Of a stretch of 32,000 nucleotides of DNA, positions 1 to 10,920 are shown piece after piece. The stretch spans positions 30,001-62,000 of the forward strand of contig NW_008806291.1 in NCBI RefSeq assembly GCF_000400465.1, in the 5' to 3' direction. Positions within the stretch are counted from its first letter, which is position 1, and each line of letters begins with the position of its first letter. The notes below the pieces were generated by a model, which was not told the DNA's origin, made no database searches, and saw nothing but the letters and a program-made list of their open reading frames with translations. The stretch comes from Wallemia ichthyophaga EXF-994. Its lineage: Eukaryota > Fungi > Basidiomycota. A program made the position numbers and the translations under genes.

Positions 1-4
1 GCAG

Positions 5-2113
5 TTGGAAGCCGCTGCTGAGAATGGCGAAGACGAAGCACCTTCTAAAAAGAAAGGAGGTCGCAAGGATAAATTCAAGGGTGGTCTTGTTTTCGAACCT
101 AAAAAGGGGCTGTGGGATAAGTATATCCTCGTGATGGATTTCAACTCGCTTTATCCATCTATTATACAGGAATACAACATCGACTTCACCACAGTGGAGC
201 GCCCGGAAGATGATGGAGAAGACGAGGAGAAGATTCCAGAGGTTCCTCCACCGGGATCTGGTCAGGGTGTATTGCCGAAACTGATTGCAACGCTTGTCAA
301 CCGTCGTAAACAAGTGAAGGGGTTGATGAAGGATAAGAATGCGACGACAGCCAAGTTGATGCAACTTGATATACGTCAGATGGCCCTCAAGCTCACGGCT
401 AATTCTATGTATGGTTGTTTAGGTTTTGAAGGGTCCCGGTTCTATGCACGCCCTCTCGCCGCGCTGACAACTTTCAAGGGTCGTGAGATCCTCACACACA
501 CGCGCGAGCTGGCTGAATCGATGCAGCTGGATGTGGGTATTGATTTTGGTTGGTGGATGTTGCTCACGATCTGCTAGGTCGTCTATGGTGACACGGACTC
601 CGTCTTTATCAATTCGAACGCATACACGTACGATGATGCGCTCAAGGTGGCGAGCGAGTTCAAGAAGTACGTTAATGAGCGGTACAAGTTGCTCGAGATA
701 GATCTCGATGGTGTTTTTAAACGGTTGTTGCTTCTGCAGAAGAAGAAGTACGCGGCAATCAAGATGGCAGATGGCGTCGAAACAACTGAGGTGAAGGGCT
801 TGGATATGAAGCGTAGGGAGTACTCGCAGCTTTCAAAAAACACTTCGCAGTACGTCCTCGACCAGATACTCAGTGGGGAGTCTACGGAGGTTGTAGTGGA
901 GCAAATACACGAGTACTTGGGTGTGGTGAGCGAGAGCATCCGTAGCGGCAAGGTGCCACTGGAGGAGTATATCATCAACAAGCGCTTAGGTAAGGACCCA
1001 GAGGCTTACCCCGACTCTAAGTCTCAGCCACATGTCCTCCTCGCTCTCCGCATCAAGAAACGCGGTGGTGCCGTGCGCAGTGGTGACGTCGTCAGCTACA
1101 TCTTCTGTCAGTCTCCAGATGGCTCCTCCAGCAAGACGGGCAAGGCGGAGAATGCTCACAGTATAGATGAAATCAGACGCGATGGAATGTCAGTGGATTA
1201 TGAATACTACCTCACTTCTCAAGTCCTACCACCTATCGAGCGTCTGTGCGATAATATCGAGGGCACAGACCGTGCGCGACTAGCGGAGTGTTTGGGTGGG
1301 TGGTGCGCATTATTTTATGGTCTATTAACAAACCAAACCTTATAGGACTCGACCCTGCTCGTTTCCAGACGCAAACGATGGGTGCAAGCAACGACAAGGA
1401 ATTCCACACCCTCGAATCGCAGATGTCCGATAAGGAGAGGTTCAGACATGCTGAGCGACTCGTGCTACGCTGCGTGGGTTGTGACGAGCAGAATGAGTTC
1501 GGCAGTCTCCTTGATGATGTGGGTTGAGTGTGTTGTTGTCTATACTAGCTTACATGACCTGCGCAGACTAAACACATGCAGACGCGCGGTATCGTCTGTC
1601 AAAATTGCAAGGGTGTGCTGCCTCTTGGAAGCGTCGCCACTCAGCTCGAGATAAAGCTTAGGCAGTGCATTGCGCGCTATTACGAAGCTACCCTGGTTTG
1701 TAATGATCAGGCTTGTGGTAATACCACTCGCATGATGGGCGTTTATGGTAAGCGGTGCCTTGCGCCTAATTGCCTCGGAAGTATGTCGTATGCGTATGAC
1801 GACCAGATGCTTTACAATCAACTTTTATACTTTGCGAGATTGTTCGACGCGGATAGGATCATGACGCAGGCTAAGACGGGTGGTAATTATGGTGCGTTTT
1901 CTAGATAGTGCAGTTAGCACATACACACACAATCACACTAACCCTTGTACAGATGAAATTCACCTCCTCTGCGAAAAAAATAAACCCACCTTCTTTACCC
2001 TCCACAACACCGTGGCTAAGTTCCTCGAACGCAATGCTCGCTCCGTGGTCTCTCTCGCTGATATTTTCTCTTTTATGAACCTACAGCAACGTCGTTGGAG
2101 AGTGGCGGTGTGA
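5..2113 (+). CDS. POL1: DNA polymerase alpha catalytic subunit, 5'-truncated by the window edge; introns 533-577, 1296-1345, 1519-1566, 1892-1952
   Basis: Family-B polymerase motifs [21 protein letters not shown] and YGDTDS (rejoined across intron 533-577), [18 protein letters not shown]-terminal Cys motifs (RCVGC..VCQNC; VCNDQAC..RCLAPNC) typical of Pol alpha. Four GT-AG introns give one continuous frame to TGA 2113. Confidence 0.97.
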
Positions 2114-2193
2114 GACATGGTTTAAAATGTACTATTTATGTGCTTTTTATGAAAATTTATACAACTCTCTCTTGATTTCAATAATAATTCAGC

Positions 2194-2642
2194 TCACTTG
2201 GCCTGGCCTGCTGCGTCTTTTGCAACTTTGCACATTTCGCAGTTGAAAACGACGAATTCGCTCTGTTCTGGGGGAGTGTTAGGGACTTGTATCAGATATA
2301 CAGCTGCGTACCACTCGGAGCGACGAACACGGCCATAAATTCAGCTGGTTCAGTCTGGCTGTTGTTTGCCGAGACTGCATGCAGCGCGCCTGGCAGTTCT
2401 GACCAGGTATCGTTTGTGCTGAGAATCTTCTCCTCTTCTGCCTCTTTCGCGCCTGGTTGGTGGACGACGCTGCGGATGGTTCCGCTGAGGACTGTACCAA
2501 CGACGAACGCCTCACCGTGGTGGTGCGTAGGTGTAACCGCGCCTCCTTCGTAGCGCACCTTGAGTCCTACTACTACCTTGCTGCTGTCTGTGGGGAGCAC
2601 GTGGCTGAAAAGCGGTGTGAATGTGTGTCCTGGGAGCGACAT
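2194..2642 (-). CDS. Small single-domain cupin (about 134 aa); intron 2268-2311
   Basis: Cupin motif 1 GGAVTPTHHHG..VLSG and motif 2 WSELPGALHAVSAN. The intron GTACGC..CCTAAC..CAG (44 nt) extends the frame to EQSEFVVFNCEMCKVAKDAAGQAK*. Start MSLPGHTF at 2642. Confidence 0.85.
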
Positions 2643-2736
2643 TGTAGATGTTTGGTGGTTTGTAAGATAGGCGTTGTACACAGCGTTTTGAAGGTGTCTT
2701 CCCCAACGTCTTCTCACTTGCGTCATTTCACTCGCA

Positions 2737-2775
2737 AGACCGAGACCGAGACCGAGACCGAAACCGAAACCGAGA
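2737..2775. repeat. Hexanucleotide microsatellite (AGACCG)4(AAACCG)2
   Basis: Read directly; lies about 95 nt upstream of the cupin ATG. Confidence 0.95.
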
Positions 2776-3035
2776 TATGCTCTATGTAGTTTCTAAATGC
2801 GTTGGGGCGGTGGCCTATTAGTCATGTCTATTTGTGCTAGTCTTTCACTCAAGCTGGGATTGTCGAATTTGCATTTCAAGCGAATCATTTGAATCGTTAA
2901 GCGTCGAGCAAGGAGTGTTTTAGTAGAATGTAGTAGCCGTAGCCGGCTTCAAAGCCAACTGATCCTCAAGAAACCTTCTCGGCATGGTCATGAGTCTCGA
3001 ATAGCTCTCTGAATCGTCAGCTGCTATTCATTTAC

Positions 3036-3392
3036 AAATCGCCGGAAGTCCGTGTCTCATGAACAGGTGAACGACAAACTCCGAGCTAAGATTGGCCAAG
3101 AATCCACCAAGAATCATTGTGGATCCGTCTGTTGCCAAGCTTGTGCTGTTATCAAACCACCGTCATCTCAAATACACAAATTACGCTATCAAAGTCGCCG
3201 GAAAAATCGTTAGCCCGGAATTTTACAGAATCCGTAAATGATATGGCCGTTTATTGCCGTCTAATCGCGGGTATTACATATGGTCCGTATGAGAAATAAG
3301 TGGATACAGGACATTCAGGGAGTGTCCAACACGCCTTTAACGCCTTCACCAAGATTTATCTTGCGAGACAACTCTATCTGAAATCGCCGGAG
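3036..3392. promoter_or_regulatory. Three copies of AARTCGCCGGA in the divergent cupin/permease promoter; putative Zn2Cys6 factor sites
   Basis: aaatcgccgga 3036-3046, aagtcgccgga 3192-3202, aaatcgccgga 3381-3391, plus the related gcccggaa 3213-3220. CGG triplets are the known Zn2Cys6 half-site. Function is inferred. Confidence 0.55.
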
Positions 3393-3568
3393 AAATTCCC
3401 GCCGAACAAGCAAATCACAAAGAATAATGCAGCAGCTGAGCATATAGCTTTCTCGCTCTGTAGCAATTTACTACACAAATCTCGCTTTTTTACTGCCCAC
3501 GGGAAATGTCAGCGCGCTTAATTTAGCTCATGTGGATGTCTCATTAGGCACACGCATGAACATAGATC

Positions 3569-3576
3569 TATAAATA
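3569..3576 (+). promoter_or_regulatory. TATA box of the ACS-family permease gene
   Basis: TATAAATA about 75 nt upstream of ATG 3651, followed by a C/A-rich leader. Confidence 0.55.
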
Positions 3577-3650
3577 GATTACGATGGTTTCTGACTTAAT
3601 AAACTGCTCAACTCGCTAATTTCTCATAATCAACACAACCAACACAAAAC

Positions 3651-5419
3651 ATGAAAAAATCTGCCAATTTCACTGAGAAAGTCGAGCACATCCCTCAAGA
3701 AGAAGCTCAACATAATGAATACACCACTGATTACACCAACGATCCTGAAGCTCAGTCTCAGCGCACATCTACAGACGTCAGCTCAAAGAAACGCCGCTGG
3801 TCGCTCTCTACCGGATCCCTGAGATCTGCTGGCGATGGGGATAGTCCTCATATTGTCAGCAATCGCAAACTGGTGTGGAAGGTATGTTATAATAACTGTA
3901 GCCTGTCGAAACTCCCACTCACATTCCCACAGATGGACCTTGCGATTATGCCGTTAGCGTGTGTTTCATTTGCAAAAAATTTGCACCTTACTCACTCACC
4001 TTAGCATCTTGCTCTACCTCATGGCTTATCTCGATAGAGGTAACTTGGGAAACGCGAAAACGTTCCCCGGATTCGAGAGCACCGTCTTCAACGACCAGGA
4101 CGACAAATACGCGCTACTTAGTTCCATGTTTTACATATCTTATTTGGTCTTTCAAGTTCCTCTCACATTGCTCGCCAAGTATATGGCTCGTCCGGATTTA
4201 ATGATCGGGACAGTGGCAATTCTCTGGGGTATTTCATCTACCCTACAATCTACAGAATTCAACTACTCCGGTGCTCTCGCATGTCGCTTTTTCCTCGGCT
4301 TCTCTGAAGCTGGCTTTGGTCCACTAATGCCATTTTACTTCTCTATGTTTTACCTAAAAAATGAGCTAGGTAAGAGAACAACAATTTTCATAGCAGCAGC
4401 ACCGCTAGCTGGTGCATTCAGTGGTATCATTGCTTATGGAATTGAGCACATCGACTATAAGATAGCCAGCTGGAGATTACTTTTCCTCATCATGGGCTTG
4501 CCCTCGATCTTGCTCGGGATTGTCACGCTCTTTGTGATACCATCACGTATCGAGGTCACAAGATGGTTCAACGAGGAGGAGAGAGCGCTGGCACAGGCGC
4601 GCAAGAACTCTGAAATGACGCAAGAGAGAATCGGTTACATCAACTGGCGTCATGTCCTCAGTGGATTCCTCGATTTCCGCACATACATCAACTGCTTCAT
4701 ATACATGTGCATAAATGTAGCCCTCAGTTCTATTAGCAGCTTCCTTCCTCAAATCCTCACGGATTTGGGATACACAGGTGCCGATTCGCAACTTTACTCC
4801 GTCCCGCCATACGTCTGCGCAGGTGGATGGATGGTGAGTACATGGTGCAACGCTTTTACATTGCTCACTCCTTCACTAGATCATTCTCTCTTTCATCTCA
4901 GATAAATATCAGATGCGCGGTCCGGTAATTAGTGTCAACATGCTAATCAGCGGTATAGGATACTCGATTTTGATAGGGACCGATCCATCATCGCTGAATG
5001 CGCGCTATGGTGCCATTTTCCTCTCCGTAATGGGCACATACACAGCCATCCCACTGACGCTGTCGTGGTCAGCATCCAATGCAGGCTCCGAATCCAAGAA
5101 GGCAGTAGCTATCGCTATGTTGAACACTATCGGACACACATTGAGTGTGCTTGGCGGTTACATCTACCCCGATGCAGAAGCGCCAGAGTATACGCGTGGA
5201 TTTGCTATTTGCATGAGTTTCGCTTATGCTGGCTGCATCGCTGCGGCTACTCATAGTACCATTCTTTGGTTCATTAATAAGCGCCGCGATAGGGAGGAGG
5301 ATGTCTCAGAAATCGGAACACCGGATACCTTTACTCATGCGGACAAAGCGGTAAGTGGGGTACTTAGCGTATTCCAAAGCTGATGTGATATCTAGGTTGG
5401 ATTCAGATACACGCTTTAG
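3651..5419 (+). CDS. MFS transporter, anion:cation symporter family (Tna1/Dal5-like), about 526 aa; introns 3882-3932, 3959-4004, 4834-4879, 5351-5395
   Basis: Motifs K-MDLAIMP, YLDRGNLGNAK, GFSEAG, WRLLFLIMG, YSVPPY, SDKYQMRGP and C-terminal GFRYTL* are characteristic of fungal ACS permeases. Spliced length 1581 nt is in frame. Substrate unknown. Confidence 0.93.
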
Positions 5420-6295
5420 AACGATGTGAGCGTATGTTCTTGGGTCGCGTGTGTACTTTTAGGATTGTATAACATTATAACTGTATAATTGAGGATATGT
5501 ATGTCAATTCAACATGATTATGAGTGTATAAACGCTCGCACTACAAAGAGGTCGATGCGCTTTCATTGGAGAAATGCGTCAGGCTATTCAAGAGATACAG
5601 GCAGCCTTTGCCGTATACGGTAATAGAATTTGCAGCGATCAAATTCCGAATAAGGTGTGCTCGGCTCACCCTGCAAGTGGCCTAGCAGTTAAGAAGAAAA
5701 GTAAAGCCTTTTAATGGCAATTTATAAATACAACAATGTGATTATTTTCATTGACGCTCCAACATTCCAATCATATCATTGTATCCGCTATTCACTCAAT
5801 ATTCACCGACTTGAAATCTACTTTTGCCATCGATTTCATCCCAAATGACTGATTTACGACTTTTTAACAACTTGGAATAAAAGAGCTTTACTGGTAGCTC
5901 TGGCTGAAAAGAGAATGATTTTGGTAGATTTAGATTCTGGTTGAAATCGCTCTGGAGCACCCGGTGGTGCAGTTGGATATTCACAGCCGTATCGGGAATA
6001 GCAGGATCTAGATGATACCCGGTTATCAATTTCTTGGCGGTGACGGGAGCGAGGGAGCCAAGGGGGAATTGGGAAGCGTGATGGATCAGCGGGAATGATT
6101 TTAGAATAAGAGCACAAAATAGCTCCCATTCATCGACTCCTCTAACCCTTCAAGTACATACGCTTATCTCAAAAATTCTCCGGTTCAGGCACCGCCGGGT
6201 ACTGCAGAGCGAGGGTGACCGACACCGAGAAGGTGAAAAAGGCAAGAAACATCCTTTCTGCTTACTATAAGCTAGTCGCCCACTAAAAACTTGGG

Positions 6296-7876
6296 ATGCA
6301 CAGACAAAATTCATCGACAAGCGCATACTCGGAGGAAGAGATAGACATAGAGAAAATGGGCGGAGAGGGGGAAAATGGGATTAGAAATGAAGAGAAGGAC
6401 CAAGAACAGGAGCAGAAGCAGAATCACTTGGACGAGTATCTTGTCCAATTCACCCAGAATGACCCAACGAATCCGAAAAACTGGAGCAGTGGTCTGAAAT
6501 GGTACACGACGGTGCTAAGTTCGGTGTTCATTTTAAGCAGCACAATAGCGTCGTCGCTGCCGTCGACAACCATAGCGAATATGATAGAGGAGTATGACAC
6601 AACGGAGACAATAGCAATATGCACCATCACCATGTTTTTGCTAGGATATGTATGTGGTCCACTGTTTTGGGCGCCACTGTCGGAGGTATACGGACGCAAG
6701 CCCATCTTTACGCTCACGCTCTTGTTGTATACGCTGTTCAACGTCGGGTGCGCGCTCTCGCCAACCATCACCGGCCTTCTCATCTGCCGTTTGATTGCTG
6801 GCATAGGAGCAAGTTCACCGCTTACGAATAGCGGCGGCGTCCTCACTGACATATGGGAGATGGATGCTATCGCGATACCGATGGCGCTGTTCTCGTGGGT
6901 TGGTGTATTGGTGCCAGTGGATACTGCTAACACACTCGACAGTCTCGTGCCCTTCCTGGGACCGGTACTGGGGCCGATAATTGGCAATTTCATGATCATA
7001 AGCGTGCCGTGGCAGGACATATATTGGCTCATGCTCGCCTTCGGCGGAGTATGCTGGCTGCTGTGTGTGTTTACGCTGAAAGAGACATACGAACCTGCGA
7101 TACTGCACAGACGCGCGGCACAGCTGCGAAAGAAGACAGGCGACTCGGGGTACTACACGGCGCAAGAGAAGACACAGCCAGCGATGCGCACACTGCTCAA
7201 AACCAGCCTCACGAGACCTCTCCTTTTCCTCGTCACAGAGCCACTCGTCATTTTCTCCTCTTTATACGTCGCTGTGATCTACACCATCCTCTATCTCTCC
7301 TTCGAGATTGTGCCTTACGTATTTCGCGGCGTGTTCGAAATGCGGCAGGAGATAGCGGGTCTTATGTTCATCCCTATAGCCATAGGAATGTTCATCAACC
7401 TGGCCATCACCATGGTGGGGGTGGGGGTAATGAGGAGAAGGAGTGCAAACGTAGCAACCAAGAGTCTCCCCGAAGACCGACTGCTACCAGCCATTTACCT
7501 CGGTGGGCCATGTATGGTAGTGTCTCTCTTCTGGCTGGGTTTTACGAGCAGGGCCGATGTGCCGTGGGAGGTACCCGCGGCATCGCTCATCCTATTCGGC
7601 GTGGCTATCGTGAGCATCTTCAACAGCTTCCTCAGCTATCTTGCTGACGTGTATGCGGTGTACGCGGCAAGCGCGCTGGCTAGCAACACTATTGCGCGCA
7701 GCGTCATCGCGAGCGTGTGCCCCCTCTTTGTGAGGCAAATGTTCGACGCGATGGGCATCGATTACGCCTGCTTGCTACTCGCTCTCGTCGCCCTCACCCT
7801 CTGCGCTGTGCCCGTGTGGTTCAGACTGCGTGCCGCGTCGCTGAGGGCGCGCTCGGCGTATGCGCGCAGGGTGTAA
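6296..7876 (+). CDS. MFS drug:H+ antiporter, DHA1 family (Tpo1/Flr1/Mdr1-like), about 510 aa; probable in-frame intron 6895-6942
   Basis: Motifs FTQNDPTNPKNWS, APLSEVYGRK, motif C GPVLGPIIG, KETYEP, PEDRL, and about 12 hydrophobic segments. The 48-nt GTGGGT..GCTAAC..CAG segment interrupts TM5. Confidence 0.93.
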   Translation: MHRQNSSTSAYSEEEIDIEKMGGEGENGIRNEEKDQEQEQKQNHLDEYLVQFTQNDPTNPKNWSSGLKWYTTVLSSVFILSSTIASSLPSTTIANMIEEYDTTETIAICTITMFLLGYVCGPLFWAPLSEVYGRKPIFTLTLLLYTLFNVGCALSPTITGLLICRLIAGIGASSPLTNSGGVLTDIWEMDAIAIPMALFSWVGVLVPVDTANTLDSLVPFLGPVLGPIIGNFMIISVPWQDIYWLMLAFGGVCWLLCVFTLKETYEPAILHRRAAQLRKKTGDSGYYTAQEKTQPAMRTLLKTSLTRPLLFLVTEPLVIFSSLYVAVIYTILYLSFEIVPYVFRGVFEMRQEIAGLMFIPIAIGMFINLAITMVGVGVMRRRSANVATKSLPEDRLLPAIYLGGPCMVVSLFWLGFTSRADVPWEVPAASLILFGVAIVSIFNSFLSYLADVYAVYAASALASNTIARSVIASVCPLFVRQMFDAMGIDYACLLLALVALTLCAVPVWFRLRAASLRARSAYARRV

Positions 7877-7966
7877 GGATTTATTGGTTCGTTGATTGTA
7901 GTTAATGAGTAATAAGTTATGCATATCATTCCACGTCTATTCAAGGGTTTTGTTATAGCTGAGTTG

Positions 7967-9785
7967 TCAGAATTTCTTCTTCTCTGCCTTCTCGACCGAC
8001 TCACTGGCAGAGAGAGAAGTGGGGAGGGTGTAGCCACGTGCAACACCCGCCCTGCCCGTCTCAAGCTGACTAGGGGCGTCTTGGCCCTCGCGCACCTCTA
8101 GACCCTTCCAGGAGCGTTCGTTGTGGAGGAAAGCGGCAGCGGCCGAGTTGTGCATGACCTGCAATGCGTTTTCCTTGGTTCTGAGTGTGAGTGCGTCTGC
8201 ACCCTCTTCCAGCTGCCTCTGCACCTGTGCAGAAGCATCAGATGAAACTCCGTCGTCGAATCTGCGATGATGGACTAGTCGACCGGAAGAAGCGGAGAAT
8301 GTGGGTGCGTCAGGGTCGTGATGCACAAGGTGATTCTGCTCCTGCTCCGCCTCGCCACTACCGCTCAAATTCCACCTGCTGGATGGATCGAGGAGGGCGG
8401 GGAAATCGAGTACATACTCACCCGTCCACGTACGACCATCGAGTGCCATTTCGAGCTCGAAAGGTGTAACGACGGGAGTGATGAATTCCTTGCTATTAAC
8501 GATACTGCTCTCTTTGCACGCGACGACACACCACGCCTGGATTTCACCAAAATTGCCCAATTTGGCCGGGTTCAACTTGCCTACTGCCACCGTATAAACT
8601 TTCTTGCGATGGGCTTGCAGCTTGGCGCGCAACGCTCGCACGAGTGGGAGGTAGCTGGCGGTCGAGAGTGTCCCCACAGCCAGACCGAATACGTCGCAGT
8701 CGCGCGCTTTAGACGCTTGCGCATACCGCCGCTGTAGCAAGCGGTTCTCACTTCCTGTCGCATCGCTCACGTTGTGAGTGGTTGGGTCATACGCTAGCAC
8801 TGCCACGCCGGCGTGTGTGAGGACGAGATTTGTCAGCTTTAAGGACGCGCCCCCAATGTAGATGAGCAAGGTACGCGGTGGGAGAGGTGCGTCGGTGGGG
8901 AGCGTGGTGGTGCTGACTGGTCGCTGTGCTATGGAGGGGTTGCGGGGGTTTGTGGATGTGCAAGAGTTGCATGAGTTGCTTAATGTGCAGCTATTCTTGG
9001 TATCGCTGCAACCACAATCCTCTCCACGCGCAGCCTCCTCGCCCTTCAAGGCAGACCCATCGGCCTCGTGGTCCTGCATCTTAGACTCGTCGGCGGGGCG
9101 AACGGGTGGGGGAGCGCCGCTATTGAGAGCCGGGTAGACGATGGAAGGTGGGCGGTTATGCAAGTGTACGGTCATGTCCTTTAGTCTGCGATTGAGGCCA
9201 TCGCACACGGCTGGTGCTTTCCACGCGTACGCGGTGTCAGAGACGAGGAGGGCGCGTGAGTGGGTGTTGGTGTACCTCTGCAGGATACTCTGGGCAACTG
9301 CATCGACACACACCCCCACATCCAACCGCCTCTTCCCGAGAACGTAGATTACGGGGAGGCGAGCGCTCGGTTCTAGACAAGCGTGGCCGTAGTGGACGAT
9401 AACATCGGCGTCGACGTGCTGGGCTGCGACTTCATCGACGCAGCAGGCGTTGTAGGTGGTGTCTGCGAGGATGTAGACGCTGTGGGCGGTGCCTGGATTG
9501 AGACGGCGCAACTCGGCCAGTTCCCGCACGAGATCCCGGTACACGCCGACCGAGTGGTGCAACAGCTCGTCGGGGAATTGTAGGGCTATCTGCGGTGTCG
9601 GTGAGGCGGGCACACACCTCCCTGCTCTATCCACTCACCCTGCTGTAGCCGTGTTCAAGTATATCACGCGCTGTACGCTTGATCTCGTACCCGTCGTTGT
9701 CGCCGTTGTCGTCGGAGATGTCGTGCGGAGAAATATCGTTGCGGGCATGTATAATATCCTCGCCGGAGTTGGTGATTGTGGACAT
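7967..9785 (-). CDS. DPH2: Diphthamide biosynthesis protein 2 (about 589 aa); intron 9590-9638
   Basis: IALQFPDELL, ILADTTYNACCVDEVAAQH, HYGHAC, GKLNPAKLGNF, ACKES, TPFEL and the Dph2-type C-terminal GRAGVARGY. Upstream exon MSTITNSG..GYSR starts at 9785. Confidence 0.95.
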
Positions 9786-9886
9786 TAACGGGATAAATTT
9801 ATATTTTATATTTTAATTCGATGTTGGTCGTTGCTGCGAGAGAGTCTTCTCGGTTGATAACCAACGGCGAACGTGGAGAATAGAGA

Positions 9887-10876
9887 ATGTACGCAGATTT
9901 AAATTTGCCAGCGGTGTACACGCATAATGAACCATTGAGGAAGGAGAAGAAGAACAAAGCCAATAAAACGAGTGCAGCGAGTACACCGAGTACACCCACA
10001 GCACCCACAATAGACACCACACAGCTAAAATCGCTTGAATCTCGTACACGTACCCTCATTCACTTGGGTTATTCTGTAGCTGGTTACGATCATTATGTGA
10101 AAAATTTCACCCACTCAAACCACAACAATCCATTCACAAATTCACAGCCGCTATTCCCAGGGCTAGATACGCGTAGCTCACACAATCCACGCACTCTAAT
10201 CCAATTAAGCAGACTTACAGTTGAGTTGGATGAAGCGGGTGATGCAACCAAGCAGTTGGGACAAGGTGCAGTGGGCGTGTTGAACGCGTACGATTTACTC
10301 GCAGTCAAACCCACGGGCCCAATCACATTCAATCACGCCTGTTTGAATATGTGCACTCCTTCTCCATTCGCTGTGCACATAATTCAGCTCGATCTTGCTG
10401 CTCACTCTCGTCTCCCTTTCTTCCTTAAGCGCTCCACTCTCGGTAAGGCTATCGCTGATGGCGCTTTCTTTGAAGTTTGCTATGGTGGTGCACTCGACGG
10501 TGGTGATGATTACGCTAGAAGAAATCTAATCGCAAATGTTAAAGAGTTGCTTAGAGTCACAAGCGGTAAAGGAATCATATTCAGTAGCTGTGTTTCTAAC
10601 GCACTCCATTTACGCTCACCTGGTGATATTATTAACTTGGCTACAGTATTTGGAATGAATCAATCTGTTGCTAAGAAGACACTTACAGATAATCCAAAGA
10701 CGGTTATAAACAATTCAAACTCGCGGCGGCTGTTTAAGGGAATCTTGAGTGATCCAATTATCCATCACCCAAGTAATTCTGCCAAGCGTGCAAGTGATAG
10801 TACAGATATTATAGATAACTCAAATAACACACCCAACACCTCTAAAAACCCACCAAAGAAGAAGAAGCAAGTGTAG
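9887..10876 (+). CDS. RPP1: RNase P/MRP protein subunit p30 (329 aa)
   Basis: N-terminal MYADLN, LSRLT, YDLLAVKP, FFEVCY, GKGIIFSS, LRSPGDIINLA, and a basic C-terminal tail PPKKKK. Confidence 0.92.
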   Translation: MYADLNLPAVYTHNEPLRKEKKNKANKTSAASTPSTPTAPTIDTTQLKSLESRTRTLIHLGYSVAGYDHYVKNFTHSNHNNPFTNSQPLFPGLDTRSSHNPRTLIQLSRLTVELDEAGDATKQLGQGAVGVLNAYDLLAVKPTGPITFNHACLNMCTPSPFAVHIIQLDLAAHSRLPFFLKRSTLGKAIADGAFFEVCYGGALDGGDDYARRNLIANVKELLRVTSGKGIIFSSCVSNALHLRSPGDIINLATVFGMNQSVAKKTLTDNPKTVINNSNSRRLFKGILSDPIIHHPSNSAKRASDSTDIIDNSNNTPNTSKNPPKKKKQV

Positions 10877-10882
10877 AAGATA

Positions 10883-10909
10883 CATTACGTCATTACCTCA
10901 TTACGTCAT
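10883..10909. repeat. 8-nt tandem repeat CATTACGT-CATTACCT-CATTACGT-CAT, containing two TTACGTCA/ATGACGT CRE-like sites
   Basis: Read directly in the 44-nt gap between two convergent stop codons. Confidence 0.85.
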
Positions 10910-10920
10910 ATACAAATTAC

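Noticed and set aside
575-577. In-frame TAG in POL1 (also 11513-11515 in HP1) as stop-codon readthrough or recoding
   Set aside because: The TAG is the 3' splice site of a 3n intron. Splicing restores the conserved D-VVYGDTDS motif.
2737-2775. Short repeats here and at 11921 and 17620 as CRISPR arrays or transposon ends
   Set aside because: They are contiguous micro/minisatellites without spacers, target-site duplications or transposase.
5611-5620. Perfect palindrome CCGTATACGG (CCG-N4-CGG, Leu3-like spacing)
   Set aside because: Single occurrence about 680 nt from the nearest start; not distinguishable from chance without conservation data.
5796-6129. Short ORFs in the DHA1 upstream region
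   Set aside because: No recognisable motif, splice structure or coding-like composition; more likely promoter sequence.
3651-7876. The two MFS genes as siderophore transporters belonging to the NRPS cluster
   Set aside because: Motifs place them in the ACS and DHA1 families, not the 14-TM SIT/ARN family, and they lie over 10 kb away beyond housekeeping genes.
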